From Aquiluna sp. (GTDB lineage Bacteria; Actinomycetota; Actinomycetes; Actinomycetales; Microbacteriaceae): DNA of 45,993 nucleotides. Made by a program: the position numbers and the translations under genes. The DNA is taken from positions 1 to 45,993 of the forward strand of contig DATBNK010000066.1 of the NCBI GenBank assembly GCA_036554355.1, written 5' to 3'. Position 1 is the stretch's first letter. Each line of letters opens with the position of its first letter. The notes beneath the pieces were generated by a model that worked only from the letters and a program-made list of their open reading frames with translations, ran no database searches and was not told where the DNA came from. This document shows, piece by piece, positions 37,989 to 45,993 of the stretch.

Positions 37989-38746
37989 GCTTGCTTCCTG
38001 AAGTTGCCGATTTCGCTTTGGCCAACCTTGGTTGGATCCCAGAGTTCTTTCGGTGGAGTTTCTCCCCTTAGTTCGCCGACGATTTTGGATATCTCTCGCA
38101 TCACCTTGTCGGTTGCATCCGAGAGCTCCTTTACCGAGAGAGTCCTACCTTGGAGCTCTTCGAAGTGCATCGGGGTGCCGATCTTCACTCGAACCACGTG
38201 AAAAGGGTTGGGACGGAACTTCTTTGAATAATTACCCAAGACCTTCTCGACTCCCCATTGGCCGCAGGGAACAATCGGTAGACCAAGTTCGACAGCCAAG
38301 CGAATTGCCCCAGCCTTGCCGCGCATTGGCCACTGATCGGGATCACGGGTGAGCGTGCCCTCTGGGAAGACCACGACCACCTGACCGGCCTTTAGATACT
38401 CCTTGGCTGCCCGAAGTGGCTCCTCATTGGATTTACCTCCGCGATAGACCGGAATCTGACCGACGTGCGGCAAGATTTTGCCAATGATCGGAATCCGAAA
38501 GATTGATTCCTTTGCCAAGTAGTGCGGCACCCGCTTCATGTGCAGATAGACCGAGTAGGCAAAAGAGAAGGGGTCGAGGTAGCTAAGGTGATTCCCGACC
38601 AAGATATAGCCACCCGCTGGCAGATTCTCTTTGCCGCTGGTTTTGATGTTGAACATCAATCTCAAGATTGGAGCCAGCACCATCGCCACCAAAACAAATG
38701 CGAAGTTGCTCTCTCGTTTGATCTTCGGGAGGTTCTTCTCAGCCAT
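37985..38746 (-). CDS. plsC: 1-acyl-sn-glycerol-3-phosphate acyltransferase
   Basis: NHLSYLD, LAKES, FPEGT. Confidence 0.88.
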   Translation of the reverse strand: MAEKNLPKIKRESNFAFVLVAMVLAPILRLMFNIKTSGKENLPAGGYILVGNHLSYLDPFSFAYSVYLHMKRVPHYLAKESIFRIPIIGKILPHVGQIPVYRGGKSNEEPLRAAKEYLKAGQVVVVFPEGTLTRDPDQWPMRGKAGAIRLAVELGLPIVPCGQWGVEKVLGNYSKKFRPNPFHVVRVKIGTPMHFEELQGRTLSVKELSDATDKVMREISKIVGELRGETPPKELWDPTKVGQSEIGNFRKQA

Positions 38747-38748
38747 GT

Positions 38749-40065
38749 CTAGGCCTCAAACTGGAAATCTGCGCCGAGATCCTCAAGCTTTTGAATAAAG
38801 CGTTCATATCCTCTAGAGATTAGCTGCACATTCGAGACATTTGATGTACCGCTGGCGGCCAAGGCCGCCACCACGTGGCTAAATCCACCGCGAAGATCGG
38901 GAACCCTGATGTCTGCGCCCTTCAAAGGCGTTGGACCCGAAATAACCGCCGAGTGGTTGAAGTTACGCTGACCAAAGCGGCAGGGGTTACCACCCAAACA
39001 CTCTCGATAGATCTGAATCTGAGCACCCATCTGATTCAGCGCATCGGTGAAACCGAAGCGCTGCTCATAGACCGTCTCGTGAACGATCGAAAGCCCCTGG
39101 GCCTGAGTGAGTGCAACAACCAGTGGTTGTTGCCAGTCGGTCATGAACCCCGGGTGAACATCGGTCTCAATCACCACCGGCTGCAGCTGGGTGCCGGGGT
39201 GGAAAAAACGAATGCCGTCATCAGCGATATCAAAACCGCCACCTACCTTGCGGAAGACATTCAAAAAGGTCATCATCTCAACCTGAGACGCTCCCCCAAC
39301 AAAGATGTCTCCACCGGTCGCCAGAGCAGCCGACGCCCAGGAGGCGGCCTCATTGCGGTCAAAGAGTGCTCGGTGGGTGAAGCCATTGAGACTCTTGACC
39401 CCCTCGATGCGAATCACTCGGTCGGTATCGACAGAAATCACCGCACCCATCTTTTGCAAAATCGCAATTAGGTCAACGATTTCGGGTTCAATAGCGGCCC
39501 CGCGCAGCTCCGTTACACCCTTGGCAGCTACCGCTGATAGCAAGACCTGCTCGGTGGCACCAACTGAGGGGTAGGGAAGTTCGATCTTTGCCCCAACAAG
39601 GCCATCCGGTGCACTAAGCCTGGTGCCGGTTGGGAGCTTTTCAATCACGGCACCAAAAGAACGCAGCACGTCAAAGTGAAAATCAACCGGACGATTGCCA
39701 ATTTCACAACCACCGAGACCAGGGATAAAGGCTTCCCCGAGGCGGTGCAAAAGCGGACCGCAGAACAAAATTGGAATCCTTGATGATCCGGCGTGGGCAT
39801 CGATGTCGGTCATCCTGGCCTGCTCGACATTCGATGGATCCAAAATCATGTCGCCGGTTTTGTCATCGTGGGTGATGCTGACCCCGTGCAGGTTTAGAAG
39901 TCTTGAGACCACCTCGACATCGGAGATGTGGGGAACATCTAGCAAGGTGGAGGGGGTTTCTCCCAGCAAAGCGGCCACCATTGCTTTGGTGACAAGGTTC
40001 TTAGCGCCCTTGAGGTCGACTCGACCGCTTAGCGGCTTGCCACCGTTAATGGTGATCTGAGACAC
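38749..40065 (-). CDS. murA: UDP-N-acetylglucosamine 1-carboxyvinyltransferase
   Basis: GAKN, LGGCEIGNRP, SVGAT, PGFMTDWQ, DLRGG, RGY. Confidence 0.95.
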   Translation of the reverse strand: MSQITINGGKPLSGRVDLKGAKNLVTKAMVAALLGETPSTLLDVPHISDVEVVSRLLNLHGVSITHDDKTGDMILDPSNVEQARMTDIDAHAGSSRIPILFCGPLLHRLGEAFIPGLGGCEIGNRPVDFHFDVLRSFGAVIEKLPTGTRLSAPDGLVGAKIELPYPSVGATEQVLLSAVAAKGVTELRGAAIEPEIVDLIAILQKMGAVISVDTDRVIRIEGVKSLNGFTHRALFDRNEAASWASAALATGGDIFVGGASQVEMMTFLNVFRKVGGGFDIADDGIRFFHPGTQLQPVVIETDVHPGFMTDWQQPLVVALTQAQGLSIVHETVYEQRFGFTDALNQMGAQIQIYRECLGGNPCRFGQRNFNHSAVISGPTPLKGADIRVPDLRGGFSHVVAALAASGTSNVSNVQLISRGYERFIQKLEDLGADFQFEA

Positions 40066-40668
40066 TCAGACTCCTTTTGCAGGGAGAGTGGTGGGTTTCC
40101 ACGACTCTCTTTTCGCCTCGTAAGAGGCTATTGCATCGGCGCTCTGCATTGTGATGCCGATGTCATCTAGGCCCTCCATGAGGCGCCACTTAGTGTATTC
40201 GTCAATCTCAAAAGGAACGATTACATCGCCCAGACTTAGCTGTTGCGCTGGCAAATCAACTCTGACCTGCACACCGGGATTGGCCTCGATTAGCGACCAG
40301 AGCAGCTCAGTATCTGCATCGGAGATCTCACCTGCGATAAGCCCCTGCTTACCCGAGTTGCCTCGGAAGATATCTGCGAACTTGGGACTAAAGACAGCCT
40401 TGAAACCAAAATCACGAAGTGCCCAAACCGCGTGCTCACGTGAGGAACCGGTTCCAAAATCGGAACCGGCTATTAGCACCGCTGCGCCCTGATAGGCGGG
40501 CTGGTTCAAAACAAACTCGGGGTCTTGCCTCCAAGAGGCAAACAGTCCATCTTCAAAACCGGACTTTGTAATGCGCTTTAGATATACGGCAGGGATGATC
40601 TGATCGGTGTCGACATTGCTTCGCTTCAGAGGAGCTGCGATGCCCTCAAAAACTGATATCCGCTCCAT
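40066..40668 (-). CDS. leuD: 3-isopropylmalate dehydratase small subunit
   Basis: [29 protein letters not shown]. Confidence 0.97.
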   Translation of the reverse strand: MERISVFEGIAAPLKRSNVDTDQIIPAVYLKRITKSGFEDGLFASWRQDPEFVLNQPAYQGAAVLIAGSDFGTGSSREHAVWALRDFGFKAVFSPKFADIFRGNSGKQGLIAGEISDADTELLWSLIEANPGVQVRVDLPAQQLSLGDVIVPFEIDEYTKWRLMEGLDDIGITMQSADAIASYEAKRESWKPTTLPAKGV

Positions 40669-42083
40669 TAGCTCTCCAAATCTGCCGGTGCCGAGAGGGT
40701 GCCACGCACCGCGGTGGCAGCTGCCACCACTGGTGAAACCAGGTGGGTTCTAGCACCCTTGCCCTGACGGCCCTCAAAGTTGCGATTCGAGGTGCTGGCT
40801 GCACGCTCACCCGAGGCGAGTTGGTCCGGGTTCATGCCCAAACACATTGAGCAACCGGCAAACCGCCACTCTGCTCCGAAGTCTTTAAAGATCTGGTCCA
40901 GACCCTCTTCCTCTGCCTGCATTCGGACCCGCTGGGAACCGGGCACGACCATCATGCGAATGCCATCAGCCTTTTTGCGTCCCTTGATGATTGAGGCGGC
41001 GGCTCGCAGGTCCTCGATGCGGGCATTGGTGCAAGAGCCAAGGAAGACGGTGTTCACCGCGATATCCTTCATCTTGGTTCCAGCCTTCAAATCCATGTAT
41101 TCAAGCGCTCGCTCGGCAGCAGCCCGCTCATTTGGGTTCTCGTAGTCGGCTGGGTCTGGCACCGAGTCCATGAGGGAAACACCCTGGCCGGGGTTAGTGC
41201 CCCAGGTGACAAATGGGTCGAGGGTGTTTGCATCAATGAACACCTCGGCATCAAACACCGCGTCATCGTCGGTTTTGAGCGTCTGCCAATACTCCATGGC
41301 CGCATCCCACTCAGCACCCTCGGGTGCATGTGGGCGGCCCTTTAGGTATTCGAAAGTAATCTCATCAGGTGCAACAAGGCCCGCCCTGGCACCGGCCTCA
41401 ATAGACATGTTGCAAATAGTCATACGGCCCTCCATCGATAGCGACCTAATAGCGCTACCGCGGTATTCGAGCACGTAGCCCTGGCCGCCTCCGGTTGAGA
41501 TCTTTGCAATCACAGCCAAAATGATGTCCTTGGCGCTGACTCCTGGGCGCAGCGTGCCCTCGACATTGATTGCCATGGTCTTAAAGGGCTGCAGTGGCAG
41601 GGTCTGGGTCGCCAGCACGTGCTCGACCTCACTGGTTCCGATACCCATTGCCAAAGAGCCAAAGGCGCCGTGGGTGGAGGTGTGGGAATCGCCACAGACA
41701 ATGGTCAAACCCGGCATGGTTAGCCCCAGCTGGGGACCAACCACGTGAACAATGCCCTGGTTCTTATCTCCCAGGGAGTGAATTCGAACACCGAACTCCT
41801 TGGTGTTGTCCCGAAGCGCCTGAACCTGAGCTCTAGAGGTCGGTTCCGCAATTGGCAGGTGAATGTCCTGGGTTGGGGTGTTGTGATCCTCGGTTGCAAT
41901 AGTTAGGTCTTTGCGTCGAATATCTCGGCCGGCCTGGCGCAAACCATCAAAGGCTTGCGGGCTTGTCACCTCGTGAATTAGGTGCAGGTCAATGTAGAGA
42001 AGATCGGGTGCGCCGTTTTCTCCCTCGACCACTAAATGATCGCGCCATAGCTTCTCGGCCAGAGTCATTGGCTTATCGGACAT
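40668..42083 (-). CDS. leuC: 3-isopropylmalate dehydratase large subunit
   Basis: [38 protein letters not shown]; SD GAGGTG. Confidence 0.97.
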   Translation of the reverse strand: MSDKPMTLAEKLWRDHLVVEGENGAPDLLYIDLHLIHEVTSPQAFDGLRQAGRDIRRKDLTIATEDHNTPTQDIHLPIAEPTSRAQVQALRDNTKEFGVRIHSLGDKNQGIVHVVGPQLGLTMPGLTIVCGDSHTSTHGAFGSLAMGIGTSEVEHVLATQTLPLQPFKTMAINVEGTLRPGVSAKDIILAVIAKISTGGGQGYVLEYRGSAIRSLSMEGRMTICNMSIEAGARAGLVAPDEITFEYLKGRPHAPEGAEWDAAMEYWQTLKTDDDAVFDAEVFIDANTLDPFVTWGTNPGQGVSLMDSVPDPADYENPNERAAAERALEYMDLKAGTKMKDIAVNTVFLGSCTNARIEDLRAAASIIKGRKKADGIRMMVVPGSQRVRMQAEEEGLDQIFKDFGAEWRFAGCSMCLGMNPDQLASGERAASTSNRNFEGRQGKGARTHLVSPVVAAATAVRGTLSAPADLES

Positions 42084-42138
42084 TTATTCACCTCGCGATT
42101 GCGTCCTTAGAGTTTAGCCCAACCGCTAGTGTTGGACG

Positions 42139-43374
42139 GTGTCTCACAATTCACTTGAAGCACTAGTTCAAATGCAGCGCCGCACCGTGAAGGTGCTGGC
42201 CGCTGGCCAAGCGCTGGGCGGCTTTGGCCTGGGCGCAACCCTCTCGGTTGGGGCTCTATTAGCCGTCGAGCTCTCTGGCTCACCAGCCTGGTCCGGTGCT
42301 GCCGCAACGCTTTCCACCCTGGGTGCAGCGGCGGTTGCAATGCCGCTTGCGAATCTGGCATATCGAAAAGGTCGCCGAATCGCGCTGGCCTCCGGAGCCT
42401 TTTTGGCAATTCTTGGTGCGATCTTGATGATTGTCGCCACCTACACCAGGCTATTCCCGGTCGAGATTGTTGCTCTAATGCTCTTGGGATCCGGCTCAGC
42501 GGTATCACTGCAGGCAAGATTTGCGGCCGCAGATATCCCAACCGGCAAGCCAAAGGGTAAAGACCTCTCGATTGTTGTCTGGGCAACGACGCTCGGCGCA
42601 GTGATTGGGCCGAATCTAATTGCCCCCGGTGAGGCTCTTGGTCTTTGGTTAGGAATGCCTCATTTGGCAGGGCCCTTTATTTTCACGATCATTGCTCAGC
42701 TCTCTTCAACGCTGGTGTTCTGGTTTGGTCTTCGTCCTGACCCGCTGATCGTGGCTCGTGATATCGCCGGACTACCCGAAAAGCGCACCAATCCCGGCAT
42801 TGCGGGAGCGCTAGTAGTGATTAGGCAATACCCGATTGCTGGCTTTTCGGTTTTGACAATTGCTCTTAGCCACATGGTCATGGTTTCGGTAATGGCAATG
42901 ACTCCCGCGCACCTTGATTCAGAAGGCCACTCGCTTGCTGAGGTTGGCTTCACAATCTCACTTCACATTGCCGGCATGTATGCCTTTGCTCCCATTTTTG
43001 GAAATCTCTCGGATCGTCTTGGAGCAAAGCGCGTTATTGCCGTTGGTCAACTAATTTTTCTGGTTTCTTTAGGGGTCTCTGGCTTTGGCCAGTCCGATTT
43101 CATCGCGGTGGTGATTGGGCTATTTCTGCTTGGGTTGGGCTGGTCAGCCACAACAGTGGCTGCCAGCGCACTGTTGTCTGAGTCGCTGGACACCGGAGAC
43201 CGCAGCAAGGTTCAGGGCTTTAGCGACTCCTTGATGAACCTATCGGGAGCATTTGGCGGCGCTATAGCGGGGACGATTCTCACCCTCTACACCTTTGGTG
43301 GGCTAAATGCCGCTGCCCTGTTCCCCGTGGTGTTTATTGCAATCGCAACGCTGTATTCGAGGCGTTGGCGGTAA
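42139..43374 (+). CDS. MFS transporter
   Basis: About 12 hydrophobic segments; motif A-like LAYRKGRR and GNLSDRLGAK; QARFAAAD. Confidence 0.9.
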   Translation: MSHNSLEALVQMQRRTVKVLAAGQALGGFGLGATLSVGALLAVELSGSPAWSGAAATLSTLGAAAVAMPLANLAYRKGRRIALASGAFLAILGAILMIVATYTRLFPVEIVALMLLGSGSAVSLQARFAAADIPTGKPKGKDLSIVVWATTLGAVIGPNLIAPGEALGLWLGMPHLAGPFIFTIIAQLSSTLVFWFGLRPDPLIVARDIAGLPEKRTNPGIAGALVVIRQYPIAGFSVLTIALSHMVMVSVMAMTPAHLDSEGHSLAEVGFTISLHIAGMYAFAPIFGNLSDRLGAKRVIAVGQLIFLVSLGVSGFGQSDFIAVVIGLFLLGLGWSATTVAASALLSESLDTGDRSKVQGFSDSLMNLSGAFGGAIAGTILTLYTFGGLNAAALFPVVFIAIATLYSRRWR

Positions 43375-43420
43375 AAAAAGAAATCTCGCTCCCGAGATTT
43401 TGTCATCAAGAGCGAGATTT
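43373..43420. terminator. Probable bidirectional terminator between the MFS gene and tRNA-Glu
   Basis: AAATCTCGCTC (43381-43391) pairs with GAGCGAGATTT (43410-43420), or AAATCTCG with CGAGATTT (43393-43400); flanking A7 run. Confidence 0.7.
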
Positions 43421-43421
43421 G

Positions 43422-43494
43422 TGACCCCAGCGGGATTTGAACCCGCGCTACTGCCGTGAGAGGGCAGCGTCCTAGGCCGCTAAACGATGGGGCC
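43422..43494 (-). tRNA. tRNA-Glu (CTC)
   Basis: GGCCCCATCGTTTAGCGGCCTAGGACG-CTGCC-CT-CTC-AC-GGCAG-TAGCGCGGGTTCAAATCCCGCTGGGGTCA; CCA not encoded. Confidence 0.96.
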
Positions 43495-43542
43495 GTAGAG
43501 CAACTCGAGAATTCTGCCATAAATGCAGCCTCTTAGCAATGC

Positions 43543-44433
43543 CTAGGCAAACACCTGCAGAGCCCCCTGGTGGACCTGGGCGCTAAAAGGCGCAGGTCCA
43601 ATCAACTCTCCATCACAGGTCATTGGAAATGAGTCATTTGCTATTGAAATGCTTCTTACCTTGAAGATCTCAACCTCCGGAAAACCAAGGTGCTTGCCGG
43701 AATAGACAGTTGGGAAGATTCGCAGCAGTCTTCTTCTTGAGACCTCGTGCAGGATAAAGACCTCTAGTTCACCGTCAGTGATTTCAGATTCGGGTGAGAT
43801 CTTCATGCCACCGCCAAAGTTCTTCACATTTGCCACCCCGCACAGCATCGCTTTCAGGGTTCGCTTCTCACCATCGACATCCAAGTGATATTCAATGGGT
43901 TCAAATTTCGGCAACTCCAAAAGCATTGCTGCAACATAGCTGTTTGGCCCCTTTGGCCACCTAAGGCCATTGGCTCGCTGAGCACACAGCGCATCAAAGC
44001 CAGCAGAGATTGAACCTAGCGACCAGAACTCTCTGGTGTTGGTTTTCACCCGCATGACATCCACTCTGCGCGGAGATTCCAGGTGCTGAACCAAGTGGTT
44101 CACCGCAGCGGTGATTGAGTTTCTTGGAACCCCGAGCTCCCTGGCCTGATCGTTGCCCGATCCAGCCGGGATCAGCCCCATTGGCAGCTGATTTGGAACG
44201 CAGAGATTGACTGCTAACTGAGCGGTGCCATCTCCCCCGACCGCGACTATGCCAGAGAGGTCCTGCTCTGAAATGGCTAACTGACCTTTTTCGAGTGCGC
44301 TAATGGCATCTGGTCCAGAGAGATTAATGGCTGCAATACCGCGCTTTGCAAGTTCCGCAAAGACCTCTTCACCGCTTTGTTTTCCCTGGCCGCGATTGGC
44401 CTTGGGGTTGACGATTACTCCGATTGGCTTCAT
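43543..44433 (-). CDS. Diacylglycerol/lipid kinase family protein (YegS/DagK-like)
   Basis: IVNPKA, VGGDGT, PAGSGND, NFGGGM, DGE. Confidence 0.92.
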   Translation of the reverse strand: MKPIGVIVNPKANRGQGKQSGEEVFAELAKRGIAAINLSGPDAISALEKGQLAISEQDLSGIVAVGGDGTAQLAVNLCVPNQLPMGLIPAGSGNDQARELGVPRNSITAAVNHLVQHLESPRRVDVMRVKTNTREFWSLGSISAGFDALCAQRANGLRWPKGPNSYVAAMLLELPKFEPIEYHLDVDGEKRTLKAMLCGVANVKNFGGGMKISPESEITDGELEVFILHEVSRRRLLRIFPTVYSGKHLGFPEVEIFKVRSISIANDSFPMTCDGELIGPAPFSAQVHQGALQVFA

Positions 44434-44501
44434 TGCCTATCTTGCCTTTCAAATCTGCCGATAAACATAGACCCTTTTTGGCTTTGGCCTACGCTTTTAG
44501 G

Positions 44502-45458
44502 GTGAGCAAAAACCCCGCTGATTTTCTTGAGGCACTAAATCAGGCTGCCTCGCACCTTATGGCAGGCGGCCTGGTGGCGTTTCCGACCGAGACCGTTTAT
44601 GGTCTTGGCGCCAATGCCGAGGACGAAGCGGGAGTGAAAAGAATCTATTTGGCCAAAAATAGGCCCGCAGATCACCCCCTGATTGTTCACATCGCTCACC
44701 CGAGTGACCTAGAGCACTTCGCTACAACAGTCCCCGACTACGCAAATCACCTAATGCGGGATTTTTGGCCCGGTCCCATGACATTGATATTGCCGCGCAC
44801 CAAAAACGCAAAAAATGTAATCACCGGCAACCAAGAGACCGTTGGGTTGCGCATCCCCAATCACCCGGTGGCCCTTGCTCTGTTGCTGGCATTCAAAAAC
44901 CAAGGTGGTCACGGCATAGCCGCTCCGAGTGCTAACAGATATGGCTCGGTATCCCCCACCAACGCGCAAGCGGTTGAGTCAGAGCTCGGGGATCACCTCG
45001 ATGACGATGATGTAATTCTCGATGGTGGATCATCGGAGGTCGGTTTGGAATCCACCATCATTGATTGCACCGGCCCAAGCCCAAAGATCCTAAGACCGGG
45101 AGCCATAACGGCCGAGATGATTGAACGGTCAACCTCCATGGTGGTTGCCGACCCAACCACAAACAGGATTCGGGTTTCCGGCTCTCACGCCAAGCACTAC
45201 TCCCCCAAGGCAAAGGTGGTGATCGGCTCAGCGGCGCAAGCGGGAGAGGGATTTATCGCGCTCTCCGATCACCCAACCCCATTAGGTGCAATTCGACTAG
45301 CTGAACCCAACAACAATGATGAATTCGCAGCAGTGTTGTATTCGGCCCTCAGGGCAGCCGACGAGCAGGGCTTGGATGTGGTTAAGGTTTTGCCTCCCGA
45401 AGGCGATGGGCTAGCAATCGCTATTCGGGACCGGATCCAAAGAGCTGCTGCAGGCTAA
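44502..45458 (+). CDS. sua5: L-threonylcarbamoyladenylate synthase, two-domain Sua5 type
   Basis: VAFPTETVYGLG, KNRP..PLIVH, FWPGP, APSAN, ESTI, HYSP + SUA5 C-domain. Start moved to GTG 44502, 6 nt after TACGCT. Confidence 0.9.
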   Translation: MSKNPADFLEALNQAASHLMAGGLVAFPTETVYGLGANAEDEAGVKRIYLAKNRPADHPLIVHIAHPSDLEHFATTVPDYANHLMRDFWPGPMTLILPRTKNAKNVITGNQETVGLRIPNHPVALALLLAFKNQGGHGIAAPSANRYGSVSPTNAQAVESELGDHLDDDDVILDGGSSEVGLESTIIDCTGPSPKILRPGAITAEMIERSTSMVVADPTTNRIRVSGSHAKHYSPKAKVVIGSAAQAGEGFIALSDHPTPLGAIRLAEPNNNDEFAAVLYSALRAADEQGLDVVKVLPPEGDGLAIAIRDRIQRAAAG

Positions 45459-45462
45459 GACC

Positions 45463-45993
45463 GTGAATGCCTATCGCGGAAAGACAGCTTGGCTAAGCAC
45501 CAAGCATCAAAAACTCGATCTCATCGCCCCAGCAATGCTGGAACAGGCAGGCTTAGCGGTGAATGCGGTAGAAGTCGACACCGATCTGCTTGGAACTTTT
45601 AGCGGGGAAGTCCCAAGGACTGACACCCCGTTAAACACCGCGATTGCCAAGGCCAAAATGGGCCTAAGCGAATCCAATCAAATACTCGGTCTTGCATCTG
45701 AGGGTTCAATCGGTCCGGATCTCCAGAACCCCTTTTTGGTATCCAATGTTGAGACCGTGGTTTTCGTTGACCTCAATGAGGATCTGGTGATTCATGAGTC
45801 CCATCGCTCGTTCGAGATTGTCGCAGGCAGCAAAGAGGTGACTGAAGGCGATGACCTCACTGGGTTTTTATCCTCAATTGACTTTCCGAATCATGCCCTG
45901 ATTGCCTCTAATCCAACTTCGCCAAATCTGCCAATTACCAAGGGCATAAAGAGTTATGACCACCTGGTTCAAGTAATTGCCGAGCTCTCTAAG
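45463..45993 (+). CDS. DUF6671-like protein, N-terminal part (runs off the window; absent from the ORF track)
   Basis: Open frame from GTG 45463: MNAYRGKTAWLSTKHQKLDLIAP...DTDLLGTFSGEVPR...AIAKAK...GLASEGSIGP. Confidence 0.75.
   Translation, partial: MNAYRGKTAWLSTKHQKLDLIAPAMLEQAGLAVNAVEVDTDLLGTFSGEVPRTDTPLNTAIAKAKMGLSESNQILGLASEGSIGPDLQNPFLVSNVETVVFVDLNEDLVIHESHRSFEIVAGSKEVTEGDDLTGFLSSIDFPNHALIASNPTSPNLPITKGIKSYDHLVQVIAELSK

Noticed and set aside
326-44969. Numerous antisense or out-of-frame ORFs in the track (e.g. 577-1137, 28346-28816, 38875-39471, 42107-42586)
   Set aside because: They shadow well-supported genes, have no recognisable motifs, and are expected at this GC content.

Overview
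A gene-dense, mostly core-genome window from a streamlined actinobacterium. Gene order and protein sequences point to Microbacteriaceae, probably a freshwater Aquiluna/Rhodoluna-like lineage (inference; GC looks mid-50s % by eye). It holds about 42 CDS and three tRNAs (a 3' fragment, fMet-CAT, Glu-CTC). Main blocks: murI-rph-rdgB, pncB, HtrA, UPF0182/PDZ-Lon/zincin/ThiF-like/uvrD2, adnAB, DEAD helicase, pepP, mgtE-N/DUF1003/mrp, tatB, dapDE, thiL, leuCD-murA-plsC-gpsA-ddl and sua5. I saw no mobile element, CRISPR array or defence system. The interesting signal is regulatory. About 16 genes look leaderless (TANNNT-N6/7-start). Two unlinked uncharacterised loci (a lipoprotein + PKD-like secreted pair, and an orphan ThiF-like gene) share one promoter architecture: TGTGGAKAACTAAA (DnaA-box core)-N22-TANNTT-N6-ATG, a candidate undescribed regulon. 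Candidate PafBC (adnA), ClgR (protease pair) and MprA-type (htrA) sites are also visible. Family names come from motif recognition by eye, not database searches.
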